Source: a virus
Taxonomy: Duplodnaviria > Caudoviricetes
Direction: 5' to 3' (one strand)
DNA length: 37,532 nt
Virus record (IMG/VR): IMGVR_UViG_3300032212_000073
Location: 1-37,532 of that record
How positions within the stretch are numbered: position 1 is the first letter of the stretch; each line of letters starts with the position of its first letter. Made by a program: the position numbers and the translations under genes. Shown piece after piece: positions 1-8,894 of this stretch. The notes below the pieces were generated by a model. The model did not search any database, had not been told where the DNA came from, and was given only the letters and a program-made list of their open reading frames with translations.

Positions 1-1
1 A

Positions 2-355
2 GAAGATAAAGGTGATTTTTATTATATGGATTACATAAATGGTGATCCTATTACAGAAATTTCCAGAGATGAGTTTTTCTACTTAAAAAAGCATAGAAAT
101 TTTAATGGATATACACCATTTTATAATTCAATGTGCTATAACATAGTAAGGACTTCTAATGGTACGCTTAAATTAATTGATCTAAAGCATTTTGAGAAGA
201 TAGATGATAAAGAATTTTTTATCTACATGTACAATAAAAAAGCTAATGTTAATATCCTTTACGTTGAAGATAACATTCATAACGATAGGCTTAATCATAT
301 TATTGCTCACTTAGAACGTGATTATAATGTAATTGAGACAATACGATATAAATAA
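2..355 (+). CDS. 5'-truncated protein-kinase-like fold protein (C-terminal part)
   Basis: Frame is open to the window edge (EDKGDFYYMDYINGDPI). YYMDYING, YNIV and KLIDLK resemble kinase subdomains V, VIb and VII; the catalytic Asp position appears to be Asn. Confidence 0.45.
   Translation, partial: EDKGDFYYMDYINGDPITEISRDEFFYLKKHRNFNGYTPFYNSMCYNIVRTSNGTLKLIDLKHFEKIDDKEFFIYMYNKKANVNILYVEDNIHNDRLNHIIAHLERDYNVIETIRYK
347..354 (+). promoter_or_regulatory. T4-type late promoter TATAAATA
   Basis: Exact consensus 30 nt upstream of ATG 385; AAGGAG RBS lies between. Confidence 0.65.
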
Positions 356-384
356 TAAAAAAACCGTGTAAAGGAGAAATACAC

Positions 385-1239
385 ATGATTTATATCGTTA
401 GAGGTTCGGAAAAAGCTGCAAAGTATATGATTGGTTGTAGTATTGCCCAATTTTTAACTGCACAACCTGTCAAAATCGATGGTCTTATTGTTACACCTAG
501 TAGAAGTAATGATGGTAATGTTTACAAGATTAAAAGAGGCAATAGAGTACTTTATAAGGCTAATAAAGTTGACTGGACTGAAGAGTTTGATTCAATAAAA
601 GAAAAAGCTAAAAAAGAAACATGTGCTGTTGCTAATACACCTGATAATATTGAATTTAAATATGGCCCAAAAACACCAACAAATCTTAGAACTTATGATC
701 GTATTGTTGATAGTATCGAAGAACAACTAGTTGATAACAGAGATGTTGTAATAGTTGCAAATATTTATGGTGCATATTTAGAAGATTTTAAAGCTGAGAT
801 GATGAGAAATCATCAACAAAAAGTAACAACTATTGAAATTATGCGTGATCCAGTTAATAGTTTCTTAATGGATACAAACAGAAATTTCGTTATTGATAAA
901 TGGAATGAAGATGAATGTAAGAATTTTATGTTATTTGATAATCTTCATTTCTTAAAAGCATTTGAAGATGACGTAGATGTTAGAATGCGTTATGAAGATG
1001 TAATTGAAACTGGAACATTTGATTTAAATGGTCTTACAGTTAAGTTAAATAAAAAGCTTAAACGAGTTGATGCGACAACACCGGGTCTAAATGATTGGGA
1101 AGAAATGAACATCACTCAGAATAGAATTATGAAGGTTGGTTTATTAGTGGACATCATTACAACACGTTTTGATGCTTATGTTAATAAGCCTAGTGAAATC
1201 CCAGCTGATATTGCTGGTTACTTTGGATATACTTATTAA
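385..1239 (+). CDS. sulfotransferase-fold protein (degenerate P-loop)
   Basis: IEIMRDPVNSF matches the 3'-PB RDPxD..S motif; MRYEDVI matches vrYEdl; N-terminal IYIVRGSEKAA is a divergent 5'-PSB loop. Confidence 0.5.
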   Translation: MIYIVRGSEKAAKYMIGCSIAQFLTAQPVKIDGLIVTPSRSNDGNVYKIKRGNRVLYKANKVDWTEEFDSIKEKAKKETCAVANTPDNIEFKYGPKTPTNLRTYDRIVDSIEEQLVDNRDVVIVANIYGAYLEDFKAEMMRNHQQKVTTIEIMRDPVNSFLMDTNRNFVIDKWNEDECKNFMLFDNLHFLKAFEDDVDVRMRYEDVIETGTFDLNGLTVKLNKKLKRVDATTPGLNDWEEMNITQNRIMKVGLLVDIITTRFDAYVNKPSEIPADIAGYFGYTY

Positions 1240-2049
1240 ATGAAAGAAAAATATGCTTTAATATTGACGGTTGAGAATGAAAATGCGATTAATAATAAAA
1301 GAGATGATATAGCATTTAGGTATTATGAAAGAGAAAGCATAAATTGTGTAAAGTCTTGGAGAAAGAGCGCTGGTTGGTTGAAAGATATTCCAATTTATAT
1401 CATGAATCCAACCGGCAATGTTCTCAAAGAAACAAAATATTTTTACGATGATTTTAATGTAACATATATTTCAGAAGAACCACCATATTTTAATGTGCAT
1501 GAACATGGTTTTATGAATGTTCATTATGTTGGTCATTATTTAGAAACACATCCCGATTTACAAGATACCTGTTTAATTCATATTGATTTAGACATGGAGA
1601 TTTTAAGACCATTCCCAAAAGACTTTTTTGATGACTTATGGTCAAATAAAAAAGAAGCATACTTAGGTGGATATTTCAAAGATGATTATAAATCTCAAAG
1701 AACACCTGTATTCGCTCCAAATTTAACAAATACTGGATTTGTTTGTAACATCGCAGGACGTTTTAACTTTTATAAAGAACTTTTAGATCACATGCCTAAA
1801 GTTGAAGAAGTTTACGAATTGGCAGATGGTTTAAGAGATTATGATAAAGAAGAATACTGTAGCGATTTGTTAAGTACAATATTTAATTTTAAAATTATCA
1901 ATGGATATGAACAAGGCGAGGGTTATTCAATCGCCACGGATTTAACAAACGTTTATTTTTGGCATGAACATTTCTATGAAAAGAAGAATGTCAACTTATC
2001 AATATATAAATTTAAACTACAGAGACGACTAGATGGACTTCAAAAATAA
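1240..2049 (+). CDS. GT-A fold glycosyltransferase (GT8-like)
   Basis: LIHIDLDMEILRP DxD motif, NTGFV, C-terminal FWHEH; sugar-cluster context. Confidence 0.65.
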   Translation: MKEKYALILTVENENAINNKRDDIAFRYYERESINCVKSWRKSAGWLKDIPIYIMNPTGNVLKETKYFYDDFNVTYISEEPPYFNVHEHGFMNVHYVGHYLETHPDLQDTCLIHIDLDMEILRPFPKDFFDDLWSNKKEAYLGGYFKDDYKSQRTPVFAPNLTNTGFVCNIAGRFNFYKELLDHMPKVEEVYELADGLRDYDKEEYCSDLLSTIFNFKIINGYEQGEGYSIATDLTNVYFWHEHFYEKKNVNLSIYKFKLQRRLDGLQK

Positions 2050-2641
2050 CTACGACTTTATAACACTTTTCGAAAAAAGATTATCAGAATTTACGGGTGC
2101 TCCGTATGTTGTACTTACAGATTGTTGTACTAATTCAATATTTTTAGCACTTGATTATTATGGTAATGATTTTGATAACGAAGTAGAAATTCCTAACCAA
2201 ACTTATATTAGTGTACCGCAAGTTATCAGAATTGCTAAATACGTTCCAGTATTTAAAGATATTAAGTGGAAAGAATCTTATGAAATCGGCAAATCAAATA
2301 TATACGATTGTGCGGTTGGCTTTAAAGAAGATATGTACATCCCTGGCCAAGTACAATGCCTTTCATTTCAACAAAAGAAAGCATTACCAATTGGTCGTGG
2401 TGGAGCAATTCTTTTAGACAATGAAGAAGATTACAGAGCATTAAAACAATTAGGTTATGATGGGCGATCAGATCCATCAATTCATATTTCAAAAGATCCA
2501 AATTTATCAATGCAAGGTTATCATATGTATATGACACCAGATAATGCAGCCAAAGGTGTTATTTTATTAAATCAACTTTTACCAAAAGATATTGATTCTA
2601 AACTTGGTGCATATTACGATTACCCAAGGATTAGTGAATGA
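2033..2641 (+). CDS. short DegT/DnrJ/EryC1/StrS-family PLP aminotransferase
   Basis: FEKRLSEFTGAPYVVLTDCCTNSIFLAL; SFQQKKALPIGRGGAIL containing the PLP lysine; only 202 aa. Confidence 0.85.
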   Translation: MDFKNNYDFITLFEKRLSEFTGAPYVVLTDCCTNSIFLALDYYGNDFDNEVEIPNQTYISVPQVIRIAKYVPVFKDIKWKESYEIGKSNIYDCAVGFKEDMYIPGQVQCLSFQQKKALPIGRGGAILLDNEEDYRALKQLGYDGRSDPSIHISKDPNLSMQGYHMYMTPDNAAKGVILLNQLLPKDIDSKLGAYYDYPRISE

Positions 2642-3588
2642 AAGTTTTAATTACTGGTGGCTTTGGCTTTATTGGAAGTCATTTTGTCCAAAAAATCTTC
2701 AGTAATACATACGCTGATATTACTATTATTGATGATTTTTCTAATTCTGAGCACTTCAATATTTTTCTTGAGTATTTAGAACGCACTAACACCGACAATA
2801 ATAATATTATGATTCATAAATGGAACATCCAAAAAGAAATTAAAAGTGAGATTTATGACTATGATTATATAATTCACTTTGCCGCTCAAGGTCATGTTGA
2901 TAAAAGTATTATTGCTCCTATTGATACCGCAATGTCTAATACAATTGGAACATTAAATGTTTTAGAGTTTGCTAGAAAACAAAAGAATCTTAAGAAATTT
3001 ATTTATTTTAGTACTGATGAAGTATTTGGACCTGAATCTATTTCAGGTAAATCAAATGAAAATACTGCATATCATTGTACAAATCCATATAGTGCATCAA
3101 AAGCTGGTGGTGAAGAATTTGTAACAGCATATCATCATACATACAAATTACCAACAATTATTACGCATTGTACAAACGTTTTTGGCGAACGTCAACAATC
3201 ATCAGCATTTATTCCATTATGTATTAACAAAATATTACATAATGAAACGTTAACCATTCATACATCCAATGGTAAAATACCTAAGCGTAATTACATTTAT
3301 GTTGAGGATGTTTGCGATGCAGTATTTTTATTAATGACAAAAGATGTAGAATTTGGAAAATATAATATAGCTGGTCCAGAATCAATAAGCATTTTATCTG
3401 TTGCTAATCAAATTTCTCATGGTTTAGGTCTAAAAGCAAGATTTAAATTTAGTGAAATTGCTAGACCATATACAGATGACAATTACAATATCGATAATCG
3501 AAAATTAAAAAGTACAGGTTGGGATTGGAAATACACGTTTGAAGAAAAACTTCCAGATGTTATTGCATTTTATTTGGAGAACACATGA
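2638..3588 (+). CDS. rmlB: dTDP-glucose 4,6-dehydratase-like SDR
   Basis: TGGFGFIG, HFAAQGHVDKSI, STDEVFG, YSASK. Confidence 0.85.
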   Translation: MKVLITGGFGFIGSHFVQKIFSNTYADITIIDDFSNSEHFNIFLEYLERTNTDNNNIMIHKWNIQKEIKSEIYDYDYIIHFAAQGHVDKSIIAPIDTAMSNTIGTLNVLEFARKQKNLKKFIYFSTDEVFGPESISGKSNENTAYHCTNPYSASKAGGEEFVTAYHHTYKLPTIITHCTNVFGERQQSSAFIPLCINKILHNETLTIHTSNGKIPKRNYIYVEDVCDAVFLLMTKDVEFGKYNIAGPESISILSVANQISHGLGLKARFKFSEIARPYTDDNYNIDNRKLKSTGWDWKYTFEEKLPDVIAFYLENT

Positions 3589-4511
3589 GAATATTAATTA
3601 CTGGTGGTGCCGGATTTATTGGTAGCAATCTTGCAGAATCTTTAATTGATGATGGTCATGATGTAATTATCATTGATGATTTATCTACCGGAAGTGTTGA
3701 AAACATTAAGAGATTAAATGCTGTTTTCTATAATATGGACCTATCAAAACGAAGTAATTCTGATGAGCTTATTGATATTTTTAGAGGTATTGATGTTGTT
3801 TATCATTTAGCGGCAAGTATTGGCGTTGAACATATTAAAGAAAATCCATCTAAAACATTTAAGAATAGTAATAATATTAATAATGTTTTGTTTCCAATAT
3901 TTGAGTTCTATAATATTAAGGTTATTTTTGGTAGCACGTCAGAAGTATATGGGAATGTTAAGAGTCTTAAAGGATCAAAGGAAACAGATAATTTAGAAAT
4001 TTTATCTACAATTAGAGGAAATTATGCTACATCAAAACTTTTTGCCGAGTTTGATATTAAGAGTTATAACTTTCCATATACGATTTGTAGGTTTTTTAAT
4101 ATCGTTGGAAAGAATCAAACTGGAACTTATGGACATGTTCTTCCACGATTTATTGATGCGGCAAAAAACAATAAAGATTTAATTATTAATGGTGATGGAC
4201 GTCAATTAAGAAGTTTTTGTGATGTTAGAGATGCGGTTAATATGTTAATGATATTCTTAAATAAAGAATATGAAAACGAAACCTATAATATAGGTAATGA
4301 TGAAAACCTTATCAGTATAAATGCACTTTCACAAACTATAGTTGATATGACTAATAGTAAATCGAATATAGTTTATATTCCACTTGATGAAAGCTTTGGC
4401 GAAATTTATGATAGATACCCGAATACTGATAAACTTAATAGGTTTTATACTTGTAAATACAACATGGAAGATATTATAAATGAAAACATTAGTCGTAGTA
4501 CCTCATCTTGA
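3585..4511 (+). CDS. NAD-dependent epimerase/dehydratase (UDP-glucuronate decarboxylase/4-epimerase-like)
   Basis: TGGAGFIG, HLAA, STSEVYG, YATSK, GDGRQLRSFCDVRD. Confidence 0.85.
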   Translation: MRILITGGAGFIGSNLAESLIDDGHDVIIIDDLSTGSVENIKRLNAVFYNMDLSKRSNSDELIDIFRGIDVVYHLAASIGVEHIKENPSKTFKNSNNINNVLFPIFEFYNIKVIFGSTSEVYGNVKSLKGSKETDNLEILSTIRGNYATSKLFAEFDIKSYNFPYTICRFFNIVGKNQTGTYGHVLPRFIDAAKNNKDLIINGDGRQLRSFCDVRDAVNMLMIFLNKEYENETYNIGNDENLISINALSQTIVDMTNSKSNIVYIPLDESFGEIYDRYPNTDKLNRFYTCKYNMEDIINENISRSTSS

Positions 4512-5049
4512 TGATGAAACATTCGGTTTATCAGGAACATTGCAGCAATTATGTTACAACCAAAACAATGAGGTCCTTGTAGTTTCATTATGCAAAGGCC
4601 GTAAGTTTGATAAATCTAGTGAATCTAGAATAGAAACATTTAAATCAATAGCAAATATTATCGGGTATCATTATAAGATATATGGATTTGATGATTTATC
4701 TTTAGAATATACACCATTATCAGCAATTACCAGAATAATTGAAGGTGTAATTAATGAATTTGAACCTAAAAGAGTATTTACTGTATCAGAAAATGATTTA
4801 CATCAAGATCATAAGGTGACTAGTCATGCTGTACGCATATGTTGTCGCCCATCAAGAACAAACGTAAAAGAGTTATATGAATTTGAAATACCTGAGAGTG
4901 AACACTTTTCAAAAACTTATTTTGATACTGTGAATAATATCGATAAAGAATTTAAAGAAAAGATGTGCTCATTATATTCAATGGAAAATATTCCTAATAT
5001 TTCTGATAAAGAATATTTTAAAACGATTTATAGAGAATTTAATGCCTAA
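4480..5049 (+). CDS. PIG-L/LmbE family deacetylase
   Basis: VVVPHLDDETFG and DLHQDH zinc motifs. Confidence 0.85.
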   Translation: MKTLVVVPHLDDETFGLSGTLQQLCYNQNNEVLVVSLCKGRKFDKSSESRIETFKSIANIIGYHYKIYGFDDLSLEYTPLSAITRIIEGVINEFEPKRVFTVSENDLHQDHKVTSHAVRICCRPSRTNVKELYEFEIPESEHFSKTYFDTVNNIDKEFKEKMCSLYSMENIPNISDKEYFKTIYREFNA

Positions 5050-5602
5050 GATTTTAGAAATACATGAAGTGCATGATTGGATGTTAGAATTAGATTTATC
5101 TGAATTTGATATTTTAACATTTGATGATGGTTTATATTCACAATACAAACACTTTAAACATTTTTTAAAGTTCGATGGACCTAAGTATTTCTTTATTAGT
5201 ACAGATATTGTTTGTACTGATGAAAAACTACAGAATAAAGAACTTATTAGTTGTAGAGATGCCCATAAAAATTATAGAGTTGGCGATGATAAATCAGCCT
5301 ATATGACATGGGATCAGATTAAAGAAATTAGTGAATATACTAATTGTTTTATTGGTGGACATTCCCATACTCATCCAAAGTTAGAAGGTACAAGATTAGT
5401 TGATCAAATGCACACCGCAATGTTTGAAACTAAGATAATGATAAAGAACTTTAAGCAAAATGATATTATAATTAATTCTTTCTGTTATCCATATAATTAT
5501 CCTGCACCCGGATATAAGCTTCTCTTAAATAAAAAATATAACGTTAATGAGATATTTGGAGATGGCAGAACATCAATAGAAGAATTAAAAGGGCAATTAT
5601 GA
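5042..5602 (+). CDS. polysaccharide deacetylase (NodB/CE4 domain)
   Basis: LTFDDG, IGGHSHTHPKL, FCYPY. Confidence 0.85.
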   Translation: MPKILEIHEVHDWMLELDLSEFDILTFDDGLYSQYKHFKHFLKFDGPKYFFISTDIVCTDEKLQNKELISCRDAHKNYRVGDDKSAYMTWDQIKEISEYTNCFIGGHSHTHPKLEGTRLVDQMHTAMFETKIMIKNFKQNDIIINSFCYPYNYPAPGYKLLLNKKYNVNEIFGDGRTSIEELKGQL

Positions 5603-6330
5603 AAGTAGGTATTTTTGGGTATGGTTATGTTGGTCAAGCGACAATACTAACATTAAATGACGTTGATATTTCTATATATGATAAGTACAAAAATCATAAA
5701 TCAATAAGTGATGTTGTAAAATCAGATTTTATATTCGTATGTGTTTCAACTCCATCAAATGAAGATGGTTTTGATTCAAGTGCAATTGATGAAATGCTGG
5801 CATTTTTAATAAAAAGTGAATACAAAGGTATTGTCATAGTTAAGTCAACCGTTCCATATAGTTATTTAAGTAAATATGAAGAACGCTTAAATCTAGTATT
5901 TAGTCCTGAATTTTTAAACCAGAACACATTTGCAATGGATGCATTAGAGCAAGATATTGTCATCTTAGGTGGTGACGCCAGACATTGTAAAAGTGTAATG
6001 GAACTATACGAAAATCATTCAATTAATCCAATGCACTTTGAAGTATGTACTCTTAAAGAAGCATGTGATTTTAAATATACAAGAAATTTATATGGAGCAT
6101 ATAAGGTTCTTTTTTGGGAATTCATTCAAGATACAACCGGCAATTCCAGAAAAATGGCTAATCTATATAAATTATTCCCACAACCAAATATGAGTCAAGT
6201 TGGGATGGATGGATTTAGAGGATTTGGAGGAGCTTGTTTCCCTAAGGATGTTAAGGCCTGGGATTCTGAATTTGCCCATAAATTAACGAAATTCATGTTA
6301 GAATATAACCTCGATTTAAATCAAAACTAA
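5599..6330 (+). CDS. short UDP-glucose/GDP-mannose dehydrogenase family protein
   Basis: GYGYVG, FVCVSTP, VKSTV, SPEFL, GFGGACFPKD; lacks the usual C-terminal domain. Confidence 0.85.
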   Translation: MKVGIFGYGYVGQATILTLNDVDISIYDKYKNHKSISDVVKSDFIFVCVSTPSNEDGFDSSAIDEMLAFLIKSEYKGIVIVKSTVPYSYLSKYEERLNLVFSPEFLNQNTFAMDALEQDIVILGGDARHCKSVMELYENHSINPMHFEVCTLKEACDFKYTRNLYGAYKVLFWEFIQDTTGNSRKMANLYKLFPQPNMSQVGMDGFRGFGGACFPKDVKAWDSEFAHKLTKFMLEYNLDLNQN

Positions 6331-6339
6331 TGATTCTTT

Positions 6340-6347
6340 TATAAATA
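6340..6347 (+). promoter_or_regulatory. T4-type late promoter TATAAATA
   Basis: Exact consensus in the intergenic gap, followed by AAGGAG RBS. Confidence 0.7.
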
Positions 6348-6367
6348 TCTCTAAAAAGGAGAATATT

Positions 6368-6670
6368 ATGGATGATGACTTTAATTTTGATTTAGATGAT
6401 GACGGTAAAACAACAAATGAAGAACTGGATCGTGCAGAACGAATCCAAAATTTAGAAAATGAAGACAAGAAAGATAACGCGCAACGAGCAATGGCATGGT
6501 TTGCATTATTTGGAATGTTATTATACCCATTTGCTGTTGTATTATCATCATTATTAGGTTTAGAAAAAGCTGCTGATATTCTTGGCAGTATGGCTCCAAC
6601 ATACTTTGTTGCGGTTGCCGGTATAGTTGCAGCGTTCTATGGATTCCAAACTTGGAAAGGAAAAAGCTAA
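6368..6670 (+). CDS. small two-TM membrane protein (holin-like candidate)
   Basis: Acidic N-terminus, two hydrophobic segments, basic C-terminal tail WKGKS; late promoter upstream. Confidence 0.5.
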   Translation: MDDDFNFDLDDDGKTTNEELDRAERIQNLENEDKKDNAQRAMAWFALFGMLLYPFAVVLSSLLGLEKAADILGSMAPTYFVAVAGIVAAFYGFQTWKGKS

Positions 6671-7089
6671 TGTACACATATAATTGTGAAGTTGTCAGAG
6701 TTGTTGATGGTGATACCATTGACGTTAATATTGATCTAGGCTTTGGCGTTTGGTTAAAAAACGAACGAGTTAGATTAGAAAATATTGATACACCTGAAGT
6801 TAGAACTAAAGATTTTGATGAGAAGGTTTGTGGATTACTTGCTAAGGCGAGAGTATCCGAATTAACAAAAGCATCTAATATAAAACTTGTTAGTTCAGCA
6901 TTTAAAGGTAGCTTTGGTAGAATACTTGGCGACTTCATAATTAATGATGTGAAATTAACCGATACGTTATTAAATGAACATTTAGCAGCTATCTATACAG
7001 GAAAAACAAAAGAAGAAATTCAAGAGCAACATCTGTATAATAGACAAATCCTTATAAATGAAGGAAGAATTATATTAACAGAATCATAA
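6670..7089 (+). CDS. staphylococcal nuclease (thermonuclease) homologue
   Basis: VVRVVDGDTIDV, RVRLENIDTPE, FGRILG; start placed at the TAATG overlap at 6670. Confidence 0.85.
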   Translation: MYTYNCEVVRVVDGDTIDVNIDLGFGVWLKNERVRLENIDTPEVRTKDFDEKVCGLLAKARVSELTKASNIKLVSSAFKGSFGRILGDFIINDVKLTDTLLNEHLAAIYTGKTKEEIQEQHLYNRQILINEGRIILTES

Positions 7090-7104
7090 TCAAGGAGTGG
7101 TTAT

Positions 7105-7512
7105 ATGTTTAAGGGAAAAACAATATTAGAAAGAGTAGATTTTAATAATTATAGATTGGGCGACACATTAAGTTACACACATAACAATAAAGAATATATC
7201 GCTAAAGCTGGTTTTATAACAGATGGTGCATCAATCCCAAGATTATTTTGGGCTTTAATAGGATGCCCGCTTAGAGGTAAATATGTTGGAAGTGCAATTA
7301 TTCACGATGCAACATGTACATTATGGCACTTAGGTGTTATTACCAGAAAAGAAGGTGATTTATTATTTTTACAAATGTTAAAAGATAATGGCGTTGGTTT
7401 TATTAAAAGAAATATAATGTATTTAGCTGTAAGATCGGCTGAATTATTTGGCAGAAAGCCAACAGAAGAAAAGAAACAAATGAAACAATTTATTGAAATA
7501 AAAGAGGACTAA
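7105..7512 (+). CDS. DUF1353 domain protein
   Basis: GFITDGASIPRLFW, SAIIHD, RKEGDLLF, MYLAVR; GGAG RBS. Confidence 0.8.
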   Translation: MFKGKTILERVDFNNYRLGDTLSYTHNNKEYIAKAGFITDGASIPRLFWALIGCPLRGKYVGSAIIHDATCTLWHLGVITRKEGDLLFLQMLKDNGVGFIKRNIMYLAVRSAELFGRKPTEEKKQMKQFIEIKED

Positions 7513-7515
7513 GTA

Positions 7516-8205
7516 TTGAAAGTTAAAGTAATATCATATTCAAAACCAACTGAAGAGTTTATTGATGACACTGGTTTAGAATCATTAACAGATTTAATTG
7601 CATTTTGTGCAAGAGTTTCAAACCCATCAAATCAGAATAATTCAAAAACTACTGATAAGTTAATTGCTTATTTATTAGAGCATAAACATTTTTCACCATT
7701 AGAAATGGCATCGTGTACAATGGAAGTCGAAACAACTCGTGATATTGCACGCCAGATGCTACGTCATCGTTCATTCTCATTCCAAGAATTTTCACAACGT
7801 TATGCTAATCCACAGGATATGGATGATTCATTTGAATTAAGAGATGCTCGTTTACAAGACCCTGTTAATCGTCAAAACTCTATTCCTGTAGATATTAACA
7901 ATGATGAACATCGTTTTCTTATGACACAATGGGAACAGATGCAAAACAATGTAATTGATGCTGCTAAAAATGCATATGATTGGGCAATTGCAAATGGTAT
8001 TGCTAAAGAACAAGCTCGTGCTGTTCTTCCAGAAGGAAATACAAAATCACGTTTATACATGGCTGGTACTATTAGAAGTTGGATCCATTTTATTGAATTA
8101 AGATCAGCAAATGGAACACAACAGGAACACATGGATATTGCAATAGCTATAGCAAAAGCAATTTCAAAAGTATTCCCACTCGCTGAAGAATACATCACGG
8201 AGTAA
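7516..8205 (+). CDS. thyX: FAD-dependent thymidylate synthase
   Basis: RHRSFSFQEFSQRY ThyX motif, HFSPLE, EQARAVLP; TTG start with GAGG RBS. Confidence 0.95.
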   Translation: MKVKVISYSKPTEEFIDDTGLESLTDLIAFCARVSNPSNQNNSKTTDKLIAYLLEHKHFSPLEMASCTMEVETTRDIARQMLRHRSFSFQEFSQRYANPQDMDDSFELRDARLQDPVNRQNSIPVDINNDEHRFLMTQWEQMQNNVIDAAKNAYDWAIANGIAKEQARAVLPEGNTKSRLYMAGTIRSWIHFIELRSANGTQQEHMDIAIAIAKAISKVFPLAEEYITE

Positions 8206-8209
8206 TAAT

Positions 8210-8596
8210 ATGGATAGTGTCTCTTTTGGTCTTTCGGCTGTTCACGTAGTTAATGTTCTAGAATTAGCAAATGAACATATAATGAAAATTAAATCAATAC
8301 GTGATAAACTTGATAATGAAAAAGTCAAGACTGTTTTAGATAAGCATTCAATCCGTTGGAAAAATATTCTTCTCGAGGGGTATTTCTTCAAAGTTGAGAG
8401 TATTAAAGATGCTGAGCGTTATCTTAGTTGTAAATCTTTATGGTGGAAATCTCGTAAATACCAAACACATTATAAGAATCTAAAACGTATAAGAACACTA
8501 GGATTAGGTGCTATTAAAAATGATAAAGACACTATTTATCTAAGTGATGAACTACTCGATTCTTTATATAATACAGAATATAAATTCACTGAGTAG
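8210..8596 (+). CDS. hypothetical protein
   Basis: 128-aa ORF with GGAG RBS directly after thyX. Confidence 0.7.
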   Translation: MDSVSFGLSAVHVVNVLELANEHIMKIKSIRDKLDNEKVKTVLDKHSIRWKNILLEGYFFKVESIKDAERYLSCKSLWWKSRKYQTHYKNLKRIRTLGLGAIKNDKDTIYLSDELLDSLYNTEYKFTE

Positions 8597-8614
8597 ATTG
8601 GTTAAAAAGTAACC

Positions 8615-8658
8615 AATAAAGGCCCGTATATGATTATATTGTATATGGGCCTTTTATT
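8615..8658 (+). terminator. intrinsic terminator hairpin (possibly bidirectional)
   Basis: aataaaggcccgtata...tatatgggccttttatt; preceded by a second small hairpin attggtta-aaaag-taaccaat (8597-8617). Confidence 0.75.
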
Positions 8659-8670
8659 GCCTAAAATAAG

Positions 8671-8699
8671 TTTACAATGTATATCGGGATTGATATAAT
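8671..8699 (+). promoter_or_regulatory. sigma70-type early promoter
   Basis: TTTACA-17 nt-TATAAT with extended -10 TG; second copy at 9243. Confidence 0.8.
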
Positions 8700-8729
8700 A
8701 GACTCATAATAAAAATGAAGAGGTGAAAT

Positions 8730-8894
8730 ATGGAAACAGCAGTTATTATGATAAAACTAAGCATAGCATTAGGCAGAATGGCTTTCTTTGGATTTATAAT
8801 ATATCTTTTTGCACAAGGCTTTATGTGGGCACTGGATGACCCAAACAACTACCAAGAATATAGTCAAGAAACATATAAGACATATTATAAGTAA
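8730..8894 (+). CDS. 54-aa single-TM protein (absent from ORF track)
   Basis: GAGGTG RBS; METAVIMIKLSIALGRMAFFGFIIYLFAQGFMWALDDPNNYQEYSQETYKTYYK; first gene after the early promoter. Confidence 0.7.
   Translation: METAVIMIKLSIALGRMAFFGFIIYLFAQGFMWALDDPNNYQEYSQETYKTYYK

Noticed and set aside
2033-6330. Host O-antigen/capsule locus or prophage boundary
   Set aside because: No wzx, wzy or transporter genes; enzymes are shortened, flanked by phage late promoters and continuous with phage genes; no integrase seen.
6381-6938. 185-aa minus-strand ORF
   Set aside because: Antisense shadow of the membrane protein and SNase genes; no recognisable motifs.
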